Positions 50,900-59,640 of a DNA stretch of 64,000 nucleotides are shown here, one piece after another. Position 1 is the stretch's first letter. The number at the start of each line of letters is the position of its first letter. This DNA is from an uncultured Solirubrobacteraceae bacterium. GTDB lineage: Bacteria; Actinomycetota; Thermoleophilia; Solirubrobacterales; Solirubrobacteraceae. The translations under genes and the position numbers were made by a program. The notes under the pieces were generated by a model. It was given only the letters and a program-made list of their open reading frames with translations, was not told the origin of the DNA and ran no database searches. The stretch is from NCBI GenBank assembly GCA_963735705.1, contig CAVTLZ010000002.1, forward strand, positions 14,455-78,454, in the 5' to 3' direction.

Positions 50900-51871
50900 T
50901 CATAGGGTCTCCAGTTCCGCGAGGCCGTCGTCGATGCTCTTCGGCGGCTGGTAGCCGAGCTGCTGGCGGGCCTTGTCGATGCGGATCGTGCACTCCTGTG
51001 CGGAGACCCAGTAGGCGAAGCGTGTCAGGGGAGGGCGGTCGGGGAGCGGCAGCAGGCGCCAGGCCGTCTCGCCGGCGGTCGCAAGGACGGCGGCGACGGG
51101 GGAGGGGATGCTCCGCGTGGGGGCGTCCACGCCCTGGGTGGCCAGCAGCCGCCCGACGAACTCGCGGAACACCACCGGCTCGCCGTCGGTGACGAAGTAC
51201 GCGTTGCCGGGTCGGCCGCGGTCGGCGCCAAGCACGAGACCCTCGACGGTGTTGTCCACGTGGGTCGTGGAGGTGCGGTGGCGCCCGCCGCCGATCCACG
51301 CGAAGCGGCCCGTGCGGACCATCTCGAGGATCGCCGGCAGCAGCGTCGTGTCGCCGCGCCCCCACACGAAGCGCGGGCGCACGACGACCGTCTCGAAGCG
51401 CTCGCTGTTGGCGGCGAGCACCGCCTGCTCGGCGCGGGCCTTCGTCGCGCTGTACAGGGCCGGAGAGTCCGGGCGCAGCGGCGCCGTCTCGTCGACTTCC
51501 ACCAGCGGCTTGCCGGCGAGCAGCGCGGCCTCGGTGCCGACGTGGACGAATCTCCGCACGCCCGCGTCCTCGCACGCGCGCAGGACGTTGTGCGTGCCCA
51601 TCACGTTGCCCTGCTCGAAGTCCTCGCGCCTGCCCCAGTCGCCGAGCGTGGCGGCGGCGTGGAACGCGAGTTGGCAGCCGTCGGCGCCGGCGCGCATGGC
51701 GGCCACGTCGGCGAGCTCCCCCGGCACCGGCTCGGCGCCGCGCTCGCGAACCCTCTCTTCGGCGGCGCTCGAGCGGGCCAGCGCGCGAACGAGATGGCCT
51801 TCCCTGCACAGCCGCTCGATCAGCCTGCCGCCGATGAAGCCAGAGCCGCCGGTGACGAACACGCCGGTCAT
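50900..51871 (-). CDS. NAD-dependent epimerase/dehydratase (3-beta-HSD-like)
   Basis: VTGGSGFIG, FHAAA, YSATK, VRPRFVWG.GD. Confidence 0.9.
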   Translation of the reverse strand: MTGVFVTGGSGFIGGRLIERLCREGHLVRALARSSAAEERVRERGAEPVPGELADVAAMRAGADGCQLAFHAAATLGDWGRREDFEQGNVMGTHNVLRACEDAGVRRFVHVGTEAALLAGKPLVEVDETAPLRPDSPALYSATKARAEQAVLAANSERFETVVVRPRFVWGRGDTTLLPAILEMVRTGRFAWIGGGRHRTSTTHVDNTVEGLVLGADRGRPGNAYFVTDGEPVVFREFVGRLLATQGVDAPTRSIPSPVAAVLATAGETAWRLLPLPDRPPLTRFAYWVSAQECTIRIDKARQQLGYQPPKSIDDGLAELETL

Positions 51872-51962
51872 CGTGTGCTCAGGCTAGACGGTTGCGCCGG
51901 GTGTAGGTGTGGTCCCACGAAAACCCGGCGCGTGGCACTTGTCAGAAACCTGTGAGCGGCGG

Positions 51963-51992
51963 TTGACAGGTGTGTCCGGGTCGCACTACTCT
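51963..51992 (+). promoter_or_regulatory. Sigma-A type promoter
   Basis: TTGACA-N18-TACTCT upstream of the FN3/IPT gene. Confidence 0.65.
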
Positions 51993-52086
51993 AGTCACCG
52001 CCACGGGTTCCGATCAGGCGACTTTGCTTCACGCGCTTGCTCGGGAGGTTGGCAAACGGAGGGGACAAAACGATCGGAGGGGCACG

Positions 52087-53997
52087 ATGCTTGGGCGAGG
52101 GATACGTCGCGGTCGGGGACAGGAAGGACCGGGGGATGGGACGAGCGCGCCGCGTAGGGGGATGGCGGCGCTCAGACGCCCCCTGCTCGCGGTGCTGGTG
52201 CTCGCGCTTGCGCTCGTCGGGGTGGGCGCGGTCAGCGCTCTCGCCGGGGGCGGCGCGCCGACGGTCGAACTTGAAAAACCGAGCGGTGTGGGGCGCACCG
52301 GATTCGTGCTGAACGGGTTCGTGAACCCGAACGGCGCGCCCGTCAGCGAATGCTATTTCGAATACGGCACCTCGGAAGCGTCGCTCAGCAGCCAGGCGCA
52401 GTGCTCGTACTCGCCCGGCACGGGCGAAACGCTGGTCCCGGTCGAAGCCGCGGTCGAAGGCCTCGCCGAAACGACCACCTACTTCTACCGCATCCACGCC
52501 AAGAGCACGGCCGGCGAAAGCTCGAGTGTGGTGCACGAAGTCACGACGCTGCCCACCGGGCCCAGGTCCAACACCGAACCTCCGAAGACGGTAGGGCGAA
52601 CGACGGCGACGCTCGACGCGTTCATCACGCCGAACGACTCGGAAGTCACCGAATGCTTCTTCTACTGGGGCACGACGCCGGGCGAACTCGACAACAAGGC
52701 CCAGTGCTCGCCCGAACCGGGGAGCGGCAGCGAACCGGTCGCCGTCAGCGCGACGCTCACCGGTCTGTCCGAAAGCACCGTCTACTACTACAAGGTCGCG
52801 GCGCGCAACGCCTACGCCTTCGAAGACGGCGGCAGGGTGAAATTCGAAACGCTGCCGAGCGTGCCCAACGCCAATACCGAACCGGCGCGCGCGATCGGGC
52901 ACACGACGGCGACGCTGAAAGGGTTCGTGACCCCCAACGACGCGCTCGTCGAAGCCTGCTACTTCGAGTGGGGCTCGCACTCGATCGAAGAAAACGTCGC
53001 GCCGTGCGAACCGGCGAGCCTCGGCTCCGGCGAAGAACCGGAGGCCGTCTCGGCGCAGCTGACGGGCCTGAAAGAAAGCGAAACCTACAGCTACCGCCTG
53101 GTCGCGACCAACGGTCGCGGCACGAACATCGGCGGCGGCATGCGCTTCACGACGCTGCCCGCGCTGCCGAAAGCACTCGTCAAAAAACCGACCGAACTGA
53201 CCTCCGAATCGGCGCTGCTGCGGGGGTCGTTGAACCCCGAAGACGCGCCGATCACCGAATGCACGTTCGAATACGGCACGACGCCGGCCTTCGGCAAAAG
53301 CGCGAGCTGCAACATCCTGCCGGGCGCCGGTGAAAGCTACGTCAAAGTGACGGCGTCGGTGAGCGGGCTCAGCCCGACCACTTCCTACCTCGTGCGGCTG
53401 CGGGCGAGGAATGTGTACGGGGTCGTGTACAGCGAGAAAGAACCGTTCACCACGTTCGCCGCCGGGCAGCTGCCCGTCGTGAAGAAGATCAAACCGGCCA
53501 AGGGCAGCTCCGCCGGCGGCACCACGGTCACGATCAAAGGCGAATTCCTGTCGGGGGCGACCGCCGTCACGTTCGGCGAAACCGAAACGACGAACATCAC
53601 CCACAACTCGCCCGAAATGATCACGGTGGTCTCGCCCCCGGGCGTGGGCACGGTGGACGTCACCGTCACCACCGCAAGCGGCGAGAGCGCGACGACCAGC
53701 GCCGATCGCTTCACCTACGGCGGCCCGACGGTCAAAGGCGTCAGCCCGAGCAGCGGCTCGGTCGGTGGCGGCACCGAAGTCACGGTGACCGGCAGCGGCT
53801 TCGAACCGGGCGCCTCGGGGACGACGTTCGTGTTCGGCAAAGGCGCCGCCACGTCGGTGGAATGCAGCTCGAGCACGACCTGCACGATGGTCTCGCCCCC
53901 CGCTTATAAGGGCAAAACGGGGACGGTGCAGGCGCGGGCGACGGTGGGCGGCAAGAAGAGCCCGGCCGCGACCGATTACTTCAGCTACACGGGGTAG
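52087..53997 (+). CDS. Secreted protein with four FN3-like repeats and two IPT/TIG domains
   Basis: SD GGAGG; signal peptide ending ALA; four repeats of NP..(V/I).EC.F.(Y/W)G...C...GL....Y.(Y/V)(R/K); two P..G...GGT.VT..G modules. Confidence 0.85.
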   Translation: MLGRGIRRGRGQEGPGDGTSAPRRGMAALRRPLLAVLVLALALVGVGAVSALAGGGAPTVELEKPSGVGRTGFVLNGFVNPNGAPVSECYFEYGTSEASLSSQAQCSYSPGTGETLVPVEAAVEGLAETTTYFYRIHAKSTAGESSSVVHEVTTLPTGPRSNTEPPKTVGRTTATLDAFITPNDSEVTECFFYWGTTPGELDNKAQCSPEPGSGSEPVAVSATLTGLSESTVYYYKVAARNAYAFEDGGRVKFETLPSVPNANTEPARAIGHTTATLKGFVTPNDALVEACYFEWGSHSIEENVAPCEPASLGSGEEPEAVSAQLTGLKESETYSYRLVATNGRGTNIGGGMRFTTLPALPKALVKKPTELTSESALLRGSLNPEDAPITECTFEYGTTPAFGKSASCNILPGAGESYVKVTASVSGLSPTTSYLVRLRARNVYGVVYSEKEPFTTFAAGQLPVVKKIKPAKGSSAGGTTVTIKGEFLSGATAVTFGETETTNITHNSPEMITVVSPPGVGTVDVTVTTASGESATTSADRFTYGGPTVKGVSPSSGSVGGGTEVTVTGSGFEPGASGTTFVFGKGAATSVECSSSTTCTMVSPPAYKGKTGTVQARATVGGKKSPAATDYFSYTG

Positions 53998-54018
53998 GTC
54001 TGGAGGGAGGGGGGTGTT

Positions 54019-54055
54019 CGCCGGCCGCTGGAGTGGGGAGCTCCAGCGGCCGGCG
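54019..54055. terminator. Bidirectional hairpin terminator
   Basis: Perfect 15-bp stem CGCCGGCCGCTGGAG/CTCCAGCGGCCGGCG between convergent genes. Confidence 0.65.
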
Positions 54056-54067
54056 GCATCGTCCGTC

Positions 54068-55279
54068 CTAACGCTTGACGACGGCTTCTCCGACGATCAG
54101 ATCGTCCTCGCCCAGCGGGAACTGCTCGCGGTCGTGCTCGTAGACGACGCGAGCCGTGACGGTGTGGCCGCAGGCGTTGACGAATGCGCTGGGGATCTCG
54201 ACGTGGACCGCCTCGCCGGCGCGGACGTCCCGTTCCACCGGGATGCCGTCCGTGCCCTTGTGGCAGGGCGAGGTGATCTCGACGGCGTAGCCGCTGAGCG
54301 CGCTTCTCACCCCGCGCGGAGCCGTGAACGTCAGCACCGCCGTGCCGTCGGCGGCAAGCCGGACGGCGATCGGGCGGTGCAGCCGGCGGGGCGCTCCCGG
54401 CAGCGGCGCGACGAGCGGGCGGGGACACTGCGGATGAGCGCTCGCGTCTTCGCTCGCCGGGCGCGATTCGCTGCACATGCCCCCGTGCACGCGGTAGGTG
54501 ATCGAGGAGATGGCGCCCTGGGGGGTGACGAACTCGGTGGTGCTGAGGGCTCCGCCGTTCGTCTCGAAGCCGCCCTTCGGGGGACTGGGGAGCACCACGA
54601 GGTACGCGCCCGAGCCGCGGGCCACGGGGAGGGTGTGCTCCTGGCCTTCGGTCCTGTAGCTGACGCTGACCGCGCGCGGACCCAGCAGGCCGTAGGAGAT
54701 CCACCGCCGCGCGCTCTTCGGGATCGCTTGCGGATGGCGCGCGCCGAACACGCCGTTCCGGGGGATGTTCGCTTCCTGCGAGATCGTCTGGCCGGGCGCC
54801 AGGCAACTGGAGATCTCGGTCGTGCTGCGGTGGTACTCGACCACGTCCGGCGCCACCGGGTGGAAACGCCCGTCGTCGTCGAAGGCCCCGTCCTGGCCGA
54901 GCACGCCGAGCTGCGAGCCGTCGATCCTGCCCACCTGCACGCACATGAGACCTCTCGTCGTGTGCACCAGGCGCATCCCCCAGGGCAGGCCGCCGGCGGG
55001 ATCTGCCACCCGCATCGAAAGGAGACGGGTTCCCCGCGCGGCGATGCCAGCGCCGGCGGTCGCGACGGGGCGCACCGGCGGGCGCACCGCGGAGCCCGTG
55101 CTGAAGGTGCCGGTCACCGCCAGCGCGACGGCCGAGGCAACCAGCAGCGCCGCCACCGCGGCGGCGGCGGCGCCCAGCGGGATCGTCCGGTGTCGCGCCG
55201 CGCGTCGCTTGCGTTCGGGGCCGTCCGCGCGGGCCGCGTCGATCAGCTGCTGCTCGAGGCGATCGAGATAGCCGCTCAT
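54068..55279 (-). CDS. Putative anti-sigma factor / membrane-anchored protein with extracellular Cys-containing domain
   Basis: ATGA overlap with the ECF stop; MSGYLDRLEQQL helix, one TM, extracellular domain with several Cys. Confidence 0.7.
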   Translation of the reverse strand: MSGYLDRLEQQLIDAARADGPERKRRAARHRTIPLGAAAAAVAALLVASAVALAVTGTFSTGSAVRPPVRPVATAGAGIAARGTRLLSMRVADPAGGLPWGMRLVHTTRGLMCVQVGRIDGSQLGVLGQDGAFDDDGRFHPVAPDVVEYHRSTTEISSCLAPGQTISQEANIPRNGVFGARHPQAIPKSARRWISYGLLGPRAVSVSYRTEGQEHTLPVARGSGAYLVVLPSPPKGGFETNGGALSTTEFVTPQGAISSITYRVHGGMCSESRPASEDASAHPQCPRPLVAPLPGAPRRLHRPIAVRLAADGTAVLTFTAPRGVRSALSGYAVEITSPCHKGTDGIPVERDVRAGEAVHVEIPSAFVNACGHTVTARVVYEHDREQFPLGEDDLIVGEAVVKR

Positions 55280-55836
55280 TCGGGCGCCTCCATGCCAGCC
55301 CGCAGCGTCCTCAGCGCCCGGCTCACCCGCTTCCTGACGACCGCCTCCGAGCAGCGCAGGCTGCTGGCTATGTCGGCGTACTCCAGTTCGTCGAGGATCC
55401 GCGCCTTCAGCGCGGCGTGCTGGTCCGCCGGCAGGAGCTCCGCGAGGCTCCCCGCCACGTCGGTGCTCGCCGCCAGCTCGTCGATCCTCGCGATGTCCTC
55501 GTCGTCGATCTCCAGCGGCGCCAGCGCCAGCCGCTCGCGCGCGGCCTGCTCGACGCGCCCTCGCCGGACGCTGTCGATCAGCTTGTTGCGGGCGATCGTC
55601 ATCAGCCACGCGACCGGCTGCTCGGGGAGCGCCCGCGCGCTGTCGCGGGTGGCGAGCAGCGCCGCGGCGAACGTCTCCGCGAGCAGGTCCGCGGCGGTCT
55701 CCGCGTCGGCCACGCGCGGCCTCAGATATGCCAGCAGGAGAGCCCTCCTTCGCCTGTAGAACTCGCCGAACGCCTCGCCGTCGCCATCCCGCGCGGCGCG
55801 CAGCAGCACGTCATCGGGACACGACGAACCGTTCAT
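55276..55836 (-). CDS. ECF RNA polymerase sigma factor
   Basis: AFGEFYRR, AADLLAETF, WLMTIARNKLID, LEYADIA..L.CSEAVVRKRVSRAL. Confidence 0.93.
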   Translation of the reverse strand: MNGSSCPDDVLLRAARDGDGEAFGEFYRRRRALLLAYLRPRVADAETAADLLAETFAAALLATRDSARALPEQPVAWLMTIARNKLIDSVRRGRVEQAARERLALAPLEIDDEDIARIDELAASTDVAGSLAELLPADQHAALKARILDELEYADIASSLRCSEAVVRKRVSRALRTLRAGMEAPE

Positions 55837-55847
55837 CTACGAGGATT

Positions 55848-55873
55848 GACGCACAGCGCGGGAGGTTGTGACC
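55848..55873 (-). promoter_or_regulatory. Candidate ECF autoregulatory promoter
   Basis: GGTCACA-N15-CGTC ending 11 nt upstream of the ATG. Confidence 0.4.
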
Positions 55874-55949
55874 GGCGGCGGAGTTATGACCGGCGCCGAT
55901 CCGCCACGTGACGGTGTGGGCGCATCCAAACCGACTGACGCACCCGGAC

Positions 55950-58220
55950 TCAGCTCGCAAAGCCGAGCTGCTGGCGGCGCAAGCCAAGCATCTTCGCTTT
56001 GGCCTCGGCCGCGAGCTGCTCGATCCAGGCTTCTGGAGAGAGCTGCTCACCCAGCATGTCCGCCTGGCGCTTGACCGTCGCGAAATCTCCAGGTGCGAGG
56101 TCGTCGATGGCTTCCAGCGCTCCTCTGAGCTCCAGTGCGCGCTCGGGGTCGGCGTCGGGGTCGAACCCGGCCTCCGCGCAGAACATCGACCACGTCTGCT
56201 CCGGTCGCAGTGCCCTGAACTCGAGCTTCCATGTGAAGCGGCGCATCGCCGCGGCATCGACCGAGTCCATCAGGTTGGTCGCAGCGATGAAGATCCCATC
56301 GAAACGCTCCATCCGTTGCAGCAGCTCGTTGACCTGCGTCACCGACCAGTGCGCGCGTGCAAGCGTGCGATCGCGCAGGAACGAATCCGCCTCGTCGAGG
56401 AACAACAACGCACCCTCGTTGTGAGCATCGGCGAACATCTTCGCGATCTGCTGCTCCGTCTCCCCGAGCCACATCGAGAGCAGCTCGGAGGCCGAGCGCA
56501 TGAGGATCGGCAGATCTAGCTCGATGGCAATGTGCTCTGCGAGCTGCGTCTTGCCGGCCCCGGGTACGCCCCAAAGGCACAGCGAGCCCGTCGGGCGCTT
56601 GCGCAGGGCAGCGATGATCTGCTCGGGCGTGAAGCGCCCGGCGATGTTCAACAGGTCGAGGCTGTAGCTGGTCACGGAGTCCCGAATGCCCTCTGTGCGG
56701 TCACGCCCGAGGACCTTCTGGCTGTGGGACACCGCGCGCTTGATCACGTGCTCGCGCTCCACGTCCACTTGCCCCCGGTGGCCGGTCTCGTCGTGCGGTT
56801 GTCGGTCCGTAACGACGATCAGACGGGCAAGCTCGGCCGCCCGGCGGACCTGCTGCTCGCCGAGCAGGCTGTACTTCGCAAGGTCACGCTCCAGGTGCGA
56901 AGAAAGGCCGAAGTCCGAGATGACCTGTGCGACGCGCGCTCGCCGCTCCGCGCGGGAGCCGGGAAGCGCTTCGCAATGGAAGAGGAAGGCGCCCAGGTTG
57001 CGCTCCGAGAGCTGTCGTGCGCGGTCGGTGATCCACACGCAGCGCACGCGGCTCCCTGTGAGGCCGTCATCGGAGGCGCGCTCGTCGTCCTCATCCTGGA
57101 GCACATCTTCATCATCGAACTCGAAGAGGTGAAACATGGCGCGGGGCCGGCAGGCGAGCGCCTCGTGGGCGCGGTCGACCACGAGCACCGCATCCGGGCT
57201 CGATCGCTCAACCTGGCGCTGGGCGATGTACGTCCAGGTCGGCATGTCGCCGGCCGCCACGTTCCTTGTGACGACCGCGTGTCCCTCGATCCCCTCGTCC
57301 TGGAACAGGCGCGCCACCATGTCGCGCTTATCCAGCGACTTCGGGCCGTAAACCAACGTGTGCACGCCGCGGTCCGCCGGCAACGGCTTGCGCAGCATGC
57401 CCAGGAGTATTCGTCTGTCGTCCTCGGGCAGGCGCCCCAGCGATCCCGTCGAGGGCGACGGGGAGAGCGGGCTGACGAACCGCCCCATGAGCTCATCGTC
57501 CTCCTCGGCGCGCTCTGCGAGTGTCGCGCTCAAACGGCTCGATGGGCCACTCACCTTCAACGGGCGCTCCTTCACGTTCAAGAGCGCGGATCGCACCAGT
57601 GCTCCCTGCTCCGACAGCGCGGAGACGATCTCCGACTCCGAGTGGCCAAGCGCAGCTGCAAGCACCGCCTTCGGCGCGCGATCGGCATCCATCAACAGCT
57701 CGAACAGCTGCGAGAATCCAGGCCGGGAGCGACCTATCTGGAAGGCAAGCACGTCGCGCTCCGTCGTGCTCAGGTCCAGCAGCGCCGCTATGCGGCCGAT
57801 GTTCTCATCCAGGGCGGTGATGAATCGCGACGCCTGCGCCTCCGCCGCTCGTCGCCACTCCTGCAGCGCATCGCGAAACGCGCCCTCGTCCTGGTCGATC
57901 AGTCCGAAAACGCTCGTCCCGCGCAGATACAGGCGGACGAAGCGCCCGCTGGTGCGCTCGCCGAACTGACGTTGGAGATCCTTGAGCGTCGGCAACAGCT
58001 TGTCGTCGGCGGCGCTCGCCTCGCGGTCGTCGCCGGCAAGCGGCTCAGGCGGCGAAACGGCCGCTGCACAGCTCGCGTAGAGCAACGCGTACAGGTGCGG
58101 GTCGGCGGCGAGCAGCCAACCAAAACCCGGGCTCTGCGCCAAGCGCAACGTCCACGCCGCCATCTGCTGGGCGCCGGGCGTTTCGAGGGGGTTGTCGGGC
58201 GAGTCGTGTCGAGGATTCAT
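55950..58220 (-). CDS. Tandem AAA+ ATPase with degenerate first module
   Basis: D2: GVPGAGKT, FLDEADS, TQVNELL, AATN, MRRF. D1: GPKSLDKR and VLVVDRA. C-terminal QLGF. Confidence 0.9.
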   Translation of the reverse strand: MNPRHDSPDNPLETPGAQQMAAWTLRLAQSPGFGWLLAADPHLYALLYASCAAAVSPPEPLAGDDREASAADDKLLPTLKDLQRQFGERTSGRFVRLYLRGTSVFGLIDQDEGAFRDALQEWRRAAEAQASRFITALDENIGRIAALLDLSTTERDVLAFQIGRSRPGFSQLFELLMDADRAPKAVLAAALGHSESEIVSALSEQGALVRSALLNVKERPLKVSGPSSRLSATLAERAEEDDELMGRFVSPLSPSPSTGSLGRLPEDDRRILLGMLRKPLPADRGVHTLVYGPKSLDKRDMVARLFQDEGIEGHAVVTRNVAAGDMPTWTYIAQRQVERSSPDAVLVVDRAHEALACRPRAMFHLFEFDDEDVLQDEDDERASDDGLTGSRVRCVWITDRARQLSERNLGAFLFHCEALPGSRAERRARVAQVISDFGLSSHLERDLAKYSLLGEQQVRRAAELARLIVVTDRQPHDETGHRGQVDVEREHVIKRAVSHSQKVLGRDRTEGIRDSVTSYSLDLLNIAGRFTPEQIIAALRKRPTGSLCLWGVPGAGKTQLAEHIAIELDLPILMRSASELLSMWLGETEQQIAKMFADAHNEGALLFLDEADSFLRDRTLARAHWSVTQVNELLQRMERFDGIFIAATNLMDSVDAAAMRRFTWKLEFRALRPEQTWSMFCAEAGFDPDADPERALELRGALEAIDDLAPGDFATVKRQADMLGEQLSPEAWIEQLAAEAKAKMLGLRRQQLGFAS

Positions 58221-58302
58221 GCCAATGCACCGCGATCCATAAGATGACTATGAGTATCGCATATTTCTGTCACGGCGCGCATGCCCGTCTCCGGTCCCGG
58301 AT

Positions 58303-58962
58303 CTACTGCGAGATGCCCAGCACCCCTGCAACCGCGCGCGCGGCCAGGAGCTCGTCGTCGGGCGCGTGTCCCGCGAGTGCGATCACGGCTCCCTCGAGCG
58401 CGCCCAGCAACGCCAGCGCTACCGCCCGGGCCGGCGGCCCCGGTGGAATCGAGCCGGCTTTGCGTCCGGCGTCGACGAGCTTGGCGCAGCGCTTGACACC
58501 GGTCTGCCAGATGCGCTCGGTCTCGCGCCCCACTGGATGGTCCTGACCGGCGAACTCCATGCGCAGCGCCATCGCCACGCGTGCGATGTCGCGCCGGCAG
58601 AAGACGGCGTGCCCGCGTGCCAGAGCCAGCAGCTCGGCGACCGGGTCAGCCTGCTGCGCGGCGGGCTCGCCGACCTCGCGGAGCCAGCTCTCGTAGACCC
58701 ACTGGATCGCCGCCAGCGCCAGGTCCTCCTTGTCCCTGAACTGGTGGTAGAGAGCGCCCCGCGTGTAGCCGGCCTCGCGCGCCACGTCCTCGAGCACGAG
58801 GTTGCCGTAGCCGTAGCGCGAGAGACCGCGCGCGGCGGATTCGAGCAGCGCGTTGCGCGAGCGGGCGCGGCGCTCAGCCTGAGTGGGGCGACCCCGCGGC
58901 GGCAGCGTCAGCGTGCTCGCGGGCTCATCGACCCTGCGGCGTTCGTCTTGGTGTTCATACAT
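58303..58962 (-). CDS. TetR/AcrR family regulator
   Basis: LLESAARGLSRYGY...LEDVAREAGYTRGALYHQFRDKEDL. Confidence 0.92.
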   Translation of the reverse strand: MYEHQDERRRVDEPASTLTLPPRGRPTQAERRARSRNALLESAARGLSRYGYGNLVLEDVAREAGYTRGALYHQFRDKEDLALAAIQWVYESWLREVGEPAAQQADPVAELLALARGHAVFCRRDIARVAMALRMEFAGQDHPVGRETERIWQTGVKRCAKLVDAGRKAGSIPPGPPARAVALALLGALEGAVIALAGHAPDDELLAARAVAGVLGISQ

Positions 58963-58979
58963 ACATGCACGTATGTATG
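58956..58979. promoter_or_regulatory. TetR operator
   Basis: Perfect 9-6-9 dyad CATACATAC-ATGCAC-GTATGTATG covering the tetR start and abutting the TAGCAT -10 of the divergent gene. Confidence 0.8.
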
Positions 58980-58996
58980 GTAGCATCCGGCGATGT

Positions 58997-59620
58997 ATGA
59001 AGGCAGAGGCGAGGCTCCCCAACAGCGCGCACACCTCCCGGCCTTGGCGCATACACGAGATCGCCCACGACTTCCGGCTCGAGGACGTGTGGCAGCTGCC
59101 CGGCGTCGGTGGCCCCGACGACTTTCCCCTGCTGGTGGCGCTCGCCGCGTCGCTGGACCCGGCGCAGGGCTCCTCCCGCGCCGCCCGCGCCCTGTGGGCG
59201 TTGCGCTGGAAGCTCGGCGACCTGCTCGGCTGGGATCGGCCGGACTCAGGGCTCGGCGCGCGCGTACCGACGCTCCGCGATCGCCTGCCGCCCGATCTGC
59301 GCGACGCGCCCGCCGGACCGGCCTTCGACACCCTGCCCTTCACGTCGCTGTACCTGCTGGAGGACGAGTGGGCCGCCGAGATCGCCAACGGCACGATGCA
59401 CGGGGTCATGCACATCGGGCGCGTGCCACACGAGTCCGGCGGCTTCAGCGCGCGCATGGCGGTCCTGGTCAAGCCCAACGGCCTGGTCGGACACGCCTAC
59501 ATGGCAGCCATCAGGCCGTTCCGGCACCTGATCGTCTACCCGCCGATGATGCGCGACGTCGAACGCGCGTGGGCACGATCAGATGGAACAAGCCCTCCGT
59601 CCGCGGGCGATTCGCGTTGA
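58997..59620 (+). CDS. DUF2867-type protein
   Basis: RLPNSAHTSRPWRIHEIAHDFRLEDVW, ALRWKLG.LLGWD, EIANGTMHGVMH, YMAAIRPFRHLIVYP. Confidence 0.8.
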   Translation: MKAEARLPNSAHTSRPWRIHEIAHDFRLEDVWQLPGVGGPDDFPLLVALAASLDPAQGSSRAARALWALRWKLGDLLGWDRPDSGLGARVPTLRDRLPPDLRDAPAGPAFDTLPFTSLYLLEDEWAAEIANGTMHGVMHIGRVPHESGGFSARMAVLVKPNGLVGHAYMAAIRPFRHLIVYPPMMRDVERAWARSDGTSPPSAGDSR

Positions 59621-59640
59621 GCTGCTCGCAAATGGAGCGA

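Noticed and set aside
55837-55949. attL copy of the tRNA-Ala 3' end marking an island boundary
   Set aside because: No match to TGGAGCTAGTCGG was seen here or elsewhere in the window by eye.
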